A stretch of DNA of 59,473 nucleotides. Origin: a virus (Duplodnaviria > Caudoviricetes). The position numbers and the translations under genes are program-made. Under the pieces are notes generated by a model. The model was not told the origin of the DNA, did not search any database, and saw only the letters and a list, made by a program, of their open reading frames with translations. Shown here piece after piece: positions 27,482-36,593 of the stretch; within the stretch, counting starts at the first letter, position 1, and every line of letters starts with the position of its first letter. Where the stretch lies: positions 1 to 59,473 of IMG/VR virus record IMGVR_UViG_3300044840_000012; one strand, given 5' to 3'.

Positions 27482-28767
27482 CGTCCTCTCCCTTCGAGCA
27501 GCGCGAGGCGTTGGCGGGCCCGGCGAGTGAAGTCCGGGAGAGGCTCGACCGAGCGGACCGCCTCGACTGGCTCGTCGTCGTCCGGGTTCGGAACGCCCAT
27601 CAGGTCCGCGAGGAGCGGCTGGGCGGCATCGACCGCGTCGTCGGCTGTCGCGACATAGTCGAGGACGCGCTTGAGCACGTCCATGTTGCTCGCCGAGATC
27701 GCCTTGCCGGCGCGGACCTCCATCAGCGCCCCGACGAGATCGGCGCGCTGAACGCTGACGCTGGTCGCCTCGTTGGCGCCCATCGACACGAGGCTGACAT
27801 CTCCCCGATGTAGCGACACGCTCTTGATCGAGCGGTGCGAGTGATCATCCGTCCAGTCCTGGTCGGTGACGAGGAAGGCGAAGGAGCACTGGTCGATCAG
27901 GCCGCGCTCGACCTTCCGTGCAAGGATCCGGCTCTCCGGGTCCTCCGGGTCGAGGTCCGCCGTCCAGAGCAGGCCCTTGGAGTTCTCCTCGAGCGTGAGC
28001 GACCCGGCCTTCGTGCGAGCGAGCGGCATCCCCTCATGGCCGTAGAGGAGAACCACGTCGGGGTCCTCAGCGAGCGTCCGGCGGAAAGCGCCCCGCCTGA
28101 TGACCTCCACGAACGGGCCCACGGAATACTCACGCTCGGTCACCGACCCGTAGCCGCTCATGCGCAGCGTGCCGTCCTCGAGCGCGCGGCACTCAAGGCC
28201 GGCGACCTCAAACTCGCGATGCTCGATCGTGCCCTTGAGGGCGTCGGCCTTGCGCTTGCGGAACTCCAGCGTGCCGCTGGCGTTGCGCTCCGACGGCTCG
28301 GTCGGAATGTAGGTCGTCGCCGGGCGCACCTTGATCTGGTCGCCGACAGTGATCGGGCCGGCGGGATCGACGGAGTACGGCGCGGAGAACAGGTCGCCGC
28401 CCATGCAGAAGATCACGTCGGTCGCGGTGAAGTCCTGAACCCAGATGTAGAAGTAGGAGCCCTCGTCCTCGAACTTCTCGTCGAGAGCCGCCTGGAGGCC
28501 CGCGTAGAGGTCGGACCACGTCTCGCGCTGCTCGTCGGTCGCCCACGCCGCCGCCGTGCTCTTGAGCGAGCCATCCGCGTTCCAGTTGTCGGGCAGCCAG
28601 CCGGCGCGCTTCAGCGACCCTGCGCGCGAAGCGATCTGGGCGCGAACGCCGTCCAGGGTCTTACCGCGCGTGGCGGAGGCGATGGCCGCCCGAAGCTGGC
28701 TCACCGTCAGATCCCCGACCTGCGAGTCCGGCGTGAACTTCTCGAGCGCCAGTTCAGATGTGGGCAT
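27478..28767 (-). CDS. HK97-family prohead protease with N-terminal extension
   Basis: GYGSV...FVEVIRRGAF...LLYGH...GLIDQCSFAF...DVSLVSMGANEAT. Confidence 0.93.
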   Translation of the reverse strand: MPTSELALEKFTPDSQVGDLTVSQLRAAIASATRGKTLDGVRAQIASRAGSLKRAGWLPDNWNADGSLKSTAAAWATDEQRETWSDLYAGLQAALDEKFEDEGSYFYIWVQDFTATDVIFCMGGDLFSAPYSVDPAGPITVGDQIKVRPATTYIPTEPSERNASGTLEFRKRKADALKGTIEHREFEVAGLECRALEDGTLRMSGYGSVTEREYSVGPFVEVIRRGAFRRTLAEDPDVVLLYGHEGMPLARTKAGSLTLEENSKGLLWTADLDPEDPESRILARKVERGLIDQCSFAFLVTDQDWTDDHSHRSIKSVSLHRGDVSLVSMGANEATSVSVQRADLVGALMEVRAGKAISASNMDVLKRVLDYVATADDAVDAAQPLLADLMGVPNPDDDEPVEAVRSVEPLPDFTRRARQRLALLEGRGR

Positions 28768-28803
28768 GGTCGCTCCGTCCGATCGTGGTCATGGGGTTGA
28801 GTC

Positions 28804-30063
28804 TTAGGGCCGGGCGCCCGAGGGCGCCGGGTCTTGAGGGTTGGCGTCGTTGGCCGCGGCCTGCACTTCCTCGAGCCCCGCCTGGAGGAGCTGCGAGTTG
28901 ATCGGCGTGAAAAACTCCTTGCCGTGCCCGTCCGGGACTGGTGGCATGTCTTCCTCGCCCCGGATGTCATCGGCGCACAGCCAACCGCCGAGGATCCCGA
29001 GCGAGTACGCCTGGTAACGCTGGAGCTTGTCGCCGCGGAGCCGCTCGTTGTAGTTGAAGCGAACGTACTGGCCGGGCGGGTGAAGGTCGGTCAGGGACTC
29101 CTCGAGCCGGCGGGTGTAGCCGCCAAGGGTGTTGCGGACGAACCCGAGCTCCTGCTGCTCGATCCCCCTGCCCCACGACGTCGAGCGATCGACGATGCCG
29201 ATCATGTGCGGCGGGACCCGGAAGATCCGGCCGCTGATCTCGCTCCCCGAATACTCGCGAGACTGGAGAAACTGCGCGTCGTCGGGAGTGATCGTGATCG
29301 CGTTGAACTTCGCGCCGCCCGTCAAGACCGCGGGAAGGTTCGCCTGGACGATGCCCTGATGCATCGACTTCCACGCCACGGCCAAGGCGAGCGTCTCGTC
29401 CGGATCGAGATCCCCCTCCACCTCGATCACGCCGCCCGGGAGGGCCGAGTTGGCGAAGAACGATCCGCCGTACATCTCCGCGGCCCGAGCGAGGCCGAGG
29501 GTGTTGCGGAGATACTCGATCGGGTTGAGCCCGACGAGCGAGTCGGCGACCGACATGTAGCGGACGTGGAACACGTCGCTCGTCGGGACCGCACGACCGT
29601 AGAAGCGGTACTCGATCGACCCGCTGGGGAGCCTGCGGACCTTCGCCTGGTCAGGGTGGACCGGCTTGATCTGCGTCGGAAAAAGGTTCTCGTCGCGGCT
29701 GATGATGTGGCCGTAGAAGTTGCCTCGAATCGCGAGGCTCAGCGTGTACTGCACCAGCCAATCCATGCGGCTGATCTCGCTGTATGGCTGCTGAAGAAGG
29801 GGTGAGGGCGGCAGAGCCCGCCGGCTCGCTGGGTCCGTGGAGCTCTTCAGCTCCAGCGGCAGCGTGGCGATGGCGTCGGAGAGGACCCCGACCGATCCGT
29901 AGACTGCGGCGACCTGAAGCGCCGTCTTCTCGTTGATGATCGTGCCCGCGGCCGCGCCCCCGAGAGACCCGTTGGTGGGTGGCGTCGAGTCCCCCCACTG
30001 CATGGAGGTCACGCTACGTCGCTCAGCTAGGGAGGCGGCGGCACGGCGAATGAGCGCCGGCAC
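28804..30063 (-). CDS. Portal protein (HK97 family)
   Basis: ALQVAAVYGSVGVLSDAIATLP...RGNFY...DAQFLQSR...IFRVPPHMIG. Confidence 0.95.
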   Translation of the reverse strand: MPALIRRAAASLAERRSVTSMQWGDSTPPTNGSLGGAAAGTIINEKTALQVAAVYGSVGVLSDAIATLPLELKSSTDPASRRALPPSPLLQQPYSEISRMDWLVQYTLSLAIRGNFYGHIISRDENLFPTQIKPVHPDQAKVRRLPSGSIEYRFYGRAVPTSDVFHVRYMSVADSLVGLNPIEYLRNTLGLARAAEMYGGSFFANSALPGGVIEVEGDLDPDETLALAVAWKSMHQGIVQANLPAVLTGGAKFNAITITPDDAQFLQSREYSGSEISGRIFRVPPHMIGIVDRSTSWGRGIEQQELGFVRNTLGGYTRRLEESLTDLHPPGQYVRFNYNERLRGDKLQRYQAYSLGILGGWLCADDIRGEEDMPPVPDGHGKEFFTPINSQLLQAGLEEVQAAANDANPQDPAPSGARP

Positions 30064-30276
30064 CTAAACGCCCCGGTCGAGATGCTCGTTCGTCAGCGGC
30101 GCCGACGGGGTGCGAACACGAACGCGAGGCCGAGGGAGCCTCAGACCCTCCGTCGCTTCACCGAGAAGGATCAGCGAACAGCCGGCGGTCAAGAGGCCCG
30201 CCCCAAGTCCGGCGAGGACATACATGCCGGCCACCAGAGCAGCGAGGCCGGCCACTCCAAGGATCGTAGAAAGCAA
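30064..30276 (-). CDS. Small two-TM protein between terminase and portal
   Basis: Hydrophobic hairpin; position common in HK97-like heads. Confidence 0.7.
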   Translation of the reverse strand: MLSTILGVAGLAALVAGMYVLAGLGAGLLTAGCSLILLGEATEGLRLPRPRVRVRTPSAPLTNEHLDRGV

Positions 30277-30286
30277 TGGGTCCTCC

Positions 30287-31864
30287 TCAAGATGCGTTCG
30301 CGAGCGCGTCCGCCAAACTGATCGCGCGAGCCTTCGGCGGCTTCATCGACGACACCGCCCAGACGGCGAGCGTCGGAGCAACCAGCGGGGAGATGTCGAC
30401 ATCCGAGTCCCTGCGAGACCAAGCCGTCGCCTCGCCGATCTTCCGGGTCGCCGCGCCGGCGACGGCCGAGTTCAACTCCGGTGTTCCCAAGTGCCGTAGG
30501 ACCCCGTTCGTGGCCGCGTCGACGAAAACTCCGTACGCCTTCGTGAACTCGGATGAGCTCGTCGTCACCAGTCTTGGCGAGTGCGAATCCAGCGGCACCG
30601 GCTCGATCCCGAGATCCTTGAACTCGGCAAGCAACGATGCGGCCGGCCCGCGCTCATCCAGGATGATCGGTGCCTTGTACTTCTTCCCGAGCTCGACCGC
30701 TCGAGCGACCACCCAGCCGGTGCCGCGCTCATGCTCAACGGTCTCGACGTGAAGCTTCCCGTCCGTTCGACGGCTTGCGACACTGATCGCCGAGTAGCGC
30801 CGGTCAGGGGTTGTCTCAACCGCGAATGCGCGGAGGTTGCCGGCCTTCGACCGGGGGTCGAGGCACGCTTCCCACACCTCGGCTGAAATTTCGCGGCTCG
30901 CTGATTCGTCGGTGTTCGGCCAGTCGCCGATCCCCAGCCGCTCGACGGTAAACTCCCGCCGGCCCAGCGCCCCCCCGTACTCATTGCCGATGTGCTCCTG
31001 AGAGATCCGGCGCCCCATGCCTGGGTTGGCCTGCGCCCACATCTCCGGATCGGCGAGAAGTTCGGGCGTGACCTGGTCGATCTCGGGCAGATCCGGGTCA
31101 TATCGGAGCCCGTGCGCCGTCAGCCACCCTCCGACGTCGGCCGACCATTCGACGTACCCGATGCGCGGCACCCTGCGGAGCGCCCGGTCACGGAGGCGCG
31201 CGAAGACAACGCCATGCTCGTGGATCTCCTGGTCGACGCTGCTCCCGGCATACACGAGCTGCGGGTTGCCGACCATCGACCTCGCCGCCATCGTCGGCAC
31301 GAGCGTCCCCATCATCTGGAGAGCGATGATCATCGCCTCATCGAGGACGATCAGGTCACCGGTCAACCCCCGGCCGCCCCCAGATGTTCGAGTGACGAAC
31401 AGAATCCGCTGGCCGCCCCTGAGTTCGATCGCCTCAGAGCCCTTGCCGCGCGAGACCCGGAGGATCCGCTGCTCGAACTCCGGCACCCCCTCGATGAGCT
31501 GGAGCATCCGAAGATGATGCTCGGAAGACGTGCGCTGCTCATGCGCCGAGTGGATAATCAGCTTCTCGTCGAGCAGGAACGCGCCGACGAGCTCGCGGGC
31601 CTCGAGGATTTTGCCCTTGCCGTTCTGGCGGGGCTCTGCCACCCCGAACTCGAACGATGCCCATCGGCCGTCTGCTCGCTCGCCGAGCATGTCGGTCAGG
31701 ACGAGCTGCTGTCCCGGGTCCAGCTCCAGGCCGGCGAGCTCGCAGAGCTCGATGGCTTCCGCGACAGCCGACGAGACGTACTCAGGAACGCATCGGATCC
31801 GCGGTTCCTGCGAGCCGAGCAGCATCGGCTCGACGCGACCTGCGGCGGTTGGCGAGGTCGTCAA
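30287..31864 (-). CDS. terL: Terminase large subunit (start may be ATG 31825)
   Basis: Walker A PRQNGKG; HSAHE; GRGLTGDLIVLDEA; C-terminal DISPLVAPTLA. Confidence 0.95.
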   Translation of the reverse strand: MTTSPTAAGRVEPMLLGSQEPRIRCVPEYVSSAVAEAIELCELAGLELDPGQQLVLTDMLGERADGRWASFEFGVAEPRQNGKGKILEARELVGAFLLDEKLIIHSAHEQRTSSEHHLRMLQLIEGVPEFEQRILRVSRGKGSEAIELRGGQRILFVTRTSGGGRGLTGDLIVLDEAMIIALQMMGTLVPTMAARSMVGNPQLVYAGSSVDQEIHEHGVVFARLRDRALRRVPRIGYVEWSADVGGWLTAHGLRYDPDLPEIDQVTPELLADPEMWAQANPGMGRRISQEHIGNEYGGALGRREFTVERLGIGDWPNTDESASREISAEVWEACLDPRSKAGNLRAFAVETTPDRRYSAISVASRRTDGKLHVETVEHERGTGWVVARAVELGKKYKAPIILDERGPAASLLAEFKDLGIEPVPLDSHSPRLVTTSSSEFTKAYGVFVDAATNGVLRHLGTPELNSAVAGAATRKIGEATAWSRRDSDVDISPLVAPTLAVWAVSSMKPPKARAISLADALANAS

Positions 31865-32255
31865 CGGTGTCGCCCTTCTTCAGCGGCGGCGCGAGCTCCC
31901 TCAGCCGGTCCATTACGTCCTGGAGTTTCCCGGCGCACATGCTCTTGCTCGTCGCCGAGTTATAGGGGTTGTCCAACTCCCGGGCCATCGACAACGCAAC
32001 GGCGGCGAGGGTGGAGTCAGCCAAGGCCGGGTCTTGCTTGCGGATCTCCGCGAGGTCCTGCTCGGTCGCCTTCAGAGTCCGGAGCGGCGTGATATCGGCG
32101 AGAGGGCCGAACAGCGCGATCGCGCGGCCGACGGTCATCGAGACGACGCAGTTCGCGCTGAACGGGCCGTACACGCTCTCAAGTTCGGCGCTCGACTCGG
32201 GTGGCTTGTTGGGCTTGCGGGTTCTCGGCTTAGCCGGGGTCTTGCGGGGAGACAT
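31782..32255 (-). CDS. terS: Terminase small subunit
   Basis: ALSMARELD...KLQDVMDRL...DTVDDLANRRRSR, typical actinophage TerS; upstream of TerL. Confidence 0.8.
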   Translation of the reverse strand: MSPRKTPAKPRTRKPNKPPESSAELESVYGPFSANCVVSMTVGRAIALFGPLADITPLRTLKATEQDLAEIRKQDPALADSTLAAVALSMARELDNPYNSATSKSMCAGKLQDVMDRLRELAPPLKKGDTVDDLANRRRSRRADAARLAGTADPMRS

Positions 32256-32556
32256 CAGTTGGTACCTCCGTCTCGTACCCGATCAACTGAACCCCTTGCC
32301 GGTAGATCTGCCGGGCACGCTCGGCACCGACCCCACCCAAGCGCTGCCCGACTTCGCGGAAGGTCAGCCCGTCTTCTCGCAACCGGACCGCATCGCGGCA
32401 CCGCTCGAAGGTGGGACGCTGATCCTTGTTCCGCGCGCCGTTCGCGCACCGCCGGCACCGTAAGAGAGTCGGATACGAACCCGCCGAGGTGACGACGCGT
32501 TCACGCCCGCAGTCGGGGCAGGTCACGAGCGACTCGGCGGTCATCGCCACAGCCAC
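32230..32556 (-). CDS. Zn-ribbon plus sigma-region-4-like HTH protein
   Basis: CPDC...CRRC and GLTFREVGQRLGGVGAERARQI. Confidence 0.75.
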   Translation of the reverse strand: MAVAMTAESLVTCPDCGRERVVTSAGSYPTLLRCRRCANGARNKDQRPTFERCRDAVRLREDGLTFREVGQRLGGVGAERARQIYRQGVQLIGYETEVPTDVSPQDPG

Positions 32557-32699
32557 CGCCAGAAACCCGCGCGTCCAAGCGCTCGGCCGACCGCGATGTT
32601 CTTGCCACGACGCACGATTCGCTTCGGATCACCCGAAGTCAACGCCCGCGCCGTCGCACTCCACCGGGCAGCCCTGCGGAGATCACTCGTCAGGGACAC
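32541..32699 (-). CDS. Small basic hypothetical protein
   Basis: MSLTSDLRRAAR...GDPKRIVRRGKN; tiles with neighbours. Confidence 0.55.
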   Translation of the reverse strand: MSLTSDLRRAARWSATARALTSGDPKRIVRRGKNIAVGRALGRAGFWRWLWR

Positions 32700-32890
32700 G
32701 ACTTGCCCTTTGGTCGTGGCTCGGCCAGTAGTCGGGCGATCTCCACTTCGCGGGTGGCCCAGCGCCCGGGGTCTGGCTTGCCGCCGTTCGCTCGCCACTC
32801 GCGTAGCTGCTCGCGCTGGATCCGGGCAAGCTCGACGCACCCGAGCTCGTGCGTGTACGACGTCGTTCCGCATTCCGGGCAGACGCTCAT
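32690..32890 (-). CDS. Small hypothetical Zn-binding protein
   Basis: CPEC...HELGC; ATGA coupling. Confidence 0.55.
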   Translation of the reverse strand: MSVCPECGTTSYTHELGCVELARIQREQLREWRANGGKPDPGRWATREVEIARLLAEPRPKGKSCP

Positions 32891-33144
32891 TTGCCCTTCT
32901 TCGGTCGTGGCTGGACGGGGCCCTTGCCGAGACGCCCGGTGACCACCTTCGGGCTCCCGTTGCCAACGATCAGTCGCGCCGACTGACCGATCCGGGCCCG
33001 CAGATCGGCATGGCTCTCGACCTCGGGCGCCAGGGCTTGCTCAATCGCTCGCCTGACGAACGCCGACCGCGGAACGTCTCCTCGGGCCTCGTCCAGCCGG
33101 GCGACGAACTCCTCATCCCACCTGAAGCTGACCGGCTTCGCCAT
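32887..33144 (-). CDS. Ribbon-helix-helix (CopG-like) DNA-binding protein
   Basis: KPVSFRWDEEFVARLDEARGDVPRSAFVRRAIEQAL; TGcTACAAT 7 nt before ATG. Confidence 0.8.
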   Translation of the reverse strand: MAKPVSFRWDEEFVARLDEARGDVPRSAFVRRAIEQALAPEVESHADLRARIGQSARLIVGNGSPKVVTGRLGKGPVQPRPKKGK

Positions 33145-33168
33145 GTAGTGCATTGTAGCACCCATGCG

Positions 33169-33531
33169 CTACCACTTCTGAGACTGACGGCGAACCCGTC
33201 GCCTACGACCAGACGTAGCCCGGTTGCACCTCCGGCACTCAATCCCCCGGTAGACGCTCCGGTCCCGGTCGTCGTGACCAAGATCCCACGGCTCGTCCGG
33301 ACCAATCGCCCGACCACACCGCCAACACCGAGCCAACCCGGCCGCCACAACCTTCGCGAGCTGCTTGCGCAGCTTCTGGTGCGCGCCGCCGTACCCGCGC
33401 TGCTTTGAGGTCGCCTGCGGCGAAAGCCGCCCCCGATGATGAAGTGCGCGCCTACGCGCTCCGCATAGAGCGCAATACCAATGACGCGGGCTGGGGGTCA
33501 GAGCATCGCAGTCTCGACACTTCTTTGGCAC
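33169..33531 (-). CDS. HNH endonuclease (terminase-associated type)
   Basis: RGYGGAHQKLR...CWRC...WDLGHDD...ECRRCN. Confidence 0.88.
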   Translation of the reverse strand: MPKKCRDCDALTPSPRHWYCALCGARRRALHHRGRLSPQATSKQRGYGGAHQKLRKQLAKVVAAGLARCWRCGRAIGPDEPWDLGHDDRDRSVYRGIECRRCNRATSGRRRRVRRQSQKW

Positions 33532-33539
33532 CCTCACGC

Positions 33540-33750
33540 CCCTTGCCGCCCGATAGCGCCCGCGGGGCCTCTTTCTCGGGCATTCTACCCAACCTTTCGG
33601 CCTTCCGGAACGAATGGGGGGAAAGCAAAACCTGCCGGTCACGTAGGCGGTTCGATCAGACTTTTCGACCGGCGCCATGCCCTCGCCCTTGCACCCAGGG
33701 CGTCGTGAGCGACCGTGTGCCGTGCGCGGCGGGGTGGTGCGAGGCCGGCG
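33540..33750. other. Putative cos/packaging region
   Basis: Non-coding gap upstream of HNH-terS-terL; GGTCGAAAAGTCTG motif (minus strand) reminiscent of cos-proximal sequences; strand-composition switch. Confidence 0.45.
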
Positions 33751-33751
33751 C

Positions 33752-33985
33752 TCAGAGGTCGTTGCTGAAGCGGCTCACGACGGCGGGTGCTGGCTCGAGT
33801 CTGGTGAAGCGGCGGGCTGCTCGCTCTGCCAGTCGTAGCGTGAGGTGGCGGGAATGGCCGCGCTCCATGAGGGCGATGCCGTGCTTGTAGTGGACGGTGT
33901 AGCCAATGCGATTCTTGGTGACCGCGGCGGTCTTGACCATCGGGATCAAGGGGATTGCGTCTGGGCGGGCGGTCTTGGGGGTCAT
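33752..33985 (-). CDS. Hypothetical protein
   Basis: Short ORF after the appendage cassette. Confidence 0.5.
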   Translation of the reverse strand: MTPKTARPDAIPLIPMVKTAAVTKNRIGYTVHYKHGIALMERGHSRHLTLRLAERAARRFTRLEPAPAVVSRFSNDL

Positions 33986-34002
33986 CGCCACACGGCTGGG
34001 TT

Positions 34003-34386
34003 TCACGGGATCGCGGGCAGGATCACGAACTCGATGGGTCCCGTGCCGCACTCAAGGGCAGGGCAGTCCCACTCCACGATCCAGGTGCCCGAGGCGCCTT
34101 GTAGGTCGTAGTGGAGGAGGCCTGTCCCGTCGTGGGTGATCGAGCCGGGGTAGGTTTGGGTGGTGCGTGCCCCGGTTGGGTCGTCGAGCTTCAGGGTCAG
34201 GGCTGGTGGGTCGGTGGGGGTACCTCCAACGGTGACCGCTACAGCCAATGGGATGTCGTTCCCCGGCTCGAATGCGAGGATGCCGTCGTTCTGTCTTGGG
34301 TAGAGGCTGACGATCTGGCCCACGATGCCGCTGGGGGCTGTTCCCGTGGGCTGGGCGTACTGGCTGAGCATCGTGCCTAGGAGCAT
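34003..34386 (-). CDS. Ig-like (BppU-like) virion adaptor protein
   Basis: GTPTDP...LTLKLDDPTG...HDGTGLLHYD...GTWIVEW; GGAGGA RBS. Confidence 0.65.
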   Translation of the reverse strand: MLLGTMLSQYAQPTGTAPSGIVGQIVSLYPRQNDGILAFEPGNDIPLAVAVTVGGTPTDPPALTLKLDDPTGARTTQTYPGSITHDGTGLLHYDLQGASGTWIVEWDCPALECGTGPIEFVILPAIP

Positions 34387-34398
34387 TCAGTCCTCCGG

Positions 34399-35850
34399 TT
34401 ACGCGATCTCGAGCAGGCAGACCGACCGGGCAGCCAGAGGCGGCAGGATCACCCTGCCGGCGCTTGTGCCCGCGCACGGCACGGTCTCCAGTCCCGCGTG
34501 CGAGAGGCCGGCGTCGAACTGGTTGGAGTGCGCCTGGTCGATCACCCAGAGCGTCGATGCTCGACCGTCGGCGACCGCGAGAGCGACCGTGGTTGGGTAG
34601 GTTTGCGCCCGGCTGTAGTGATGATTGGCGATCAGAACCCGGATCGTGCCCGTCAGGTCGCTCGTGGTTGAGCACGCCAGGGCATGCATCCCAGGATCGG
34701 CGTCCAGGGTGGTGGGGAGGACGTTGCCGGCGAGAAGCTTCGCCCAGAGGCGGTACGCGTTGCCTGGCGCCCAGAACCCCGTGGATGCCACGAGACCCGA
34801 GTTCGGCTGATCGGTGGGGAGCTCCAGCTTCGAGGAGAAGTAGATGCCGCGGGCGCACCCGAGGGCCTGCATCTCCATCAGCATGATCGCGGTCAACGCC
34901 GCGCCCGCATCGTTGATCTGAAGCACCTCGGTTGAGCCGGCCGCCCCGAATGGCTTGGCGGACCCGAAGCCCAGGATGTTCGAGATCGCGGTTGGCGCCC
35001 ACTCCCCCACGATCAACTCCAGTGCCGTCAGCCATCCCGCAGCGGTGATCGACCCCTGAAGCAGCGCGTACGCCCGACGGATGCTCCAGCCGGTCCCCTC
35101 ATACGCGTGAAACGAGATGAAGTCCAGAGCGACCGCGTTGGCTTTGCAGTACGTCAAGAACGGCGTCAGCCAGGTTGTCTGGGTGCCCTGGTCGAGGGCC
35201 GCCAGCTCCGGGCCGCCGATCTTTACCCCCAACCCCAGCGCCTTGACTGCTGAGGATACTGCCGCGAACAGCGCGAAATACTGGGCTGGGGTGCCCGCCC
35301 AAAACCCGCCGTCCGGCTCGTTCCACAACCCCCAGTACGGGATCGTGGCGCCCTTCTCCACCACGCAGTGGTAAACGAGGTCGGCGCACATCGTGGCGAA
35401 GCTCGCACTGTTGCTCGGCACCTCCGCACCAGGGCCGACGTACCAGCCGGTGCCGAACGGGGCGACCGTCGAAGGGGGCAGGCCGCCACCGAGAAGCTGC
35501 GGGCAGTAGTCGAGGCTGACGTAAAGCTGGGCGCCCTCGGTGGCCGCCGCGTCGATCTCCGCGTCGATCGTCGCCCACTTGTAGGAGTAGGAGCCGGAGT
35601 GACCGAGCGTCGGATGCGTCCCGTCGACCGCGCCCGCCTTGATCGGCGTGTAGTTGATCGCGCCGTCGATGCGATGCACGTTCGGGGTGCCCGCCGCGAC
35701 CACGCCAGCCGGAATGTCGCCCTGATCAGCGAACCCGAACAGCCCACCGAGGAGACGCTGATTGATGGTCTTCCCGGTCGGGGTTCCGCCGACGGTGATC
35801 GTGCTCGAGCGGATCCCGCCTGCTCGCCGGAGTGCGACAGCGCCGGTCAT
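34399..35850 (-). CDS. Glycoside hydrolase, GH39-like (clan GH-A)
   Basis: YWGLWNEPD (acid/base Glu), KIGGP, LDFISFHAY, LIVGEW (nucleophile Glu); C-terminal beta-sandwich. Confidence 0.88.
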   Translation of the reverse strand: MTGAVALRRAGGIRSSTITVGGTPTGKTINQRLLGGLFGFADQGDIPAGVVAAGTPNVHRIDGAINYTPIKAGAVDGTHPTLGHSGSYSYKWATIDAEIDAAATEGAQLYVSLDYCPQLLGGGLPPSTVAPFGTGWYVGPGAEVPSNSASFATMCADLVYHCVVEKGATIPYWGLWNEPDGGFWAGTPAQYFALFAAVSSAVKALGLGVKIGGPELAALDQGTQTTWLTPFLTYCKANAVALDFISFHAYEGTGWSIRRAYALLQGSITAAGWLTALELIVGEWAPTAISNILGFGSAKPFGAAGSTEVLQINDAGAALTAIMLMEMQALGCARGIYFSSKLELPTDQPNSGLVASTGFWAPGNAYRLWAKLLAGNVLPTTLDADPGMHALACSTTSDLTGTIRVLIANHHYSRAQTYPTTVALAVADGRASTLWVIDQAHSNQFDAGLSHAGLETVPCAGTSAGRVILPPLAARSVCLLEIA

Positions 35851-36593
35851 GGGCCGGGCACCACACCCGGGGTGCGGGCCAGCCGGTACATCACGAGATC
35901 GGAGACCGTGAGGTTCGGGGAACCGACGCTGACCGCGACACCCTGCCCGCTCTGCCAACTATCGCCCCACGACACGGGGGGAGTGCAGCCCGTAAGGGTG
36001 CCGGTGCTCGACCCGTCGACGTACAGCGTCAACACCGAGGACGCCATCGACACCGCGAGATTGACGAACGTCCCAGCCGACGCGGAGTGAGCAAAGTTCG
36101 TGATCTGATTGACCTCCCCGCTCGACGCCTGCTGGTGGCGGTAGGTCAGCCTCACGCCGAGAGGACCCACCTGCACCTGCAGGTACTGGCGGGAGTCGCA
36201 AAGGATCTGAAACGCCGTCTGCCACCCTGACAGCGACCCCCACGCCACATCGGACGCCACGTTCAGGCCGAGGGTGCCCTGGTCGGGGGCCCACAGGCCG
36301 CTCCCCGGCTTGCACAGGTAGCCGTAGTTCACGTCGCCCTGGCACTTCAGGCCATCCCGGTACTTTCCGGGGACCCGGAGCACCTTCGAGCCGCCCAGGA
36401 AATACGGGAGGTCCGCGGTCGTGCCGCCAATCTCGTTCGCGCCGATCAGCCTGCCCAGCGAGAGCGTCGTCAGGCGCTCCTCCACATCCAGATCCAGGAG
36501 GTACGTCGTGTCCTGCTCCAGGACCGGCTTGGCGGTCGGCGCCCACGCCAGAAGCGGCAGGGTGCTCGACCGCAACGCTACGGCGCCGCTCAC
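35847..36593 (-). CDS. LamG/ConA-like lectin-domain protein
   Basis: DQGTLGL...FVNLAVS...LTLYVDG...VSDLVMY. Confidence 0.75.
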   Translation of the reverse strand: MSGAVALRSSTLPLLAWAPTAKPVLEQDTTYLLDLDVEERLTTLSLGRLIGANEIGGTTADLPYFLGGSKVLRVPGKYRDGLKCQGDVNYGYLCKPGSGLWAPDQGTLGLNVASDVAWGSLSGWQTAFQILCDSRQYLQVQVGPLGVRLTYRHQQASSGEVNQITNFAHSASAGTFVNLAVSMASSVLTLYVDGSSTGTLTGCTPPVSWGDSWQSGQGVAVSVGSPNLTVSDLVMYRLARTPGVVPGP

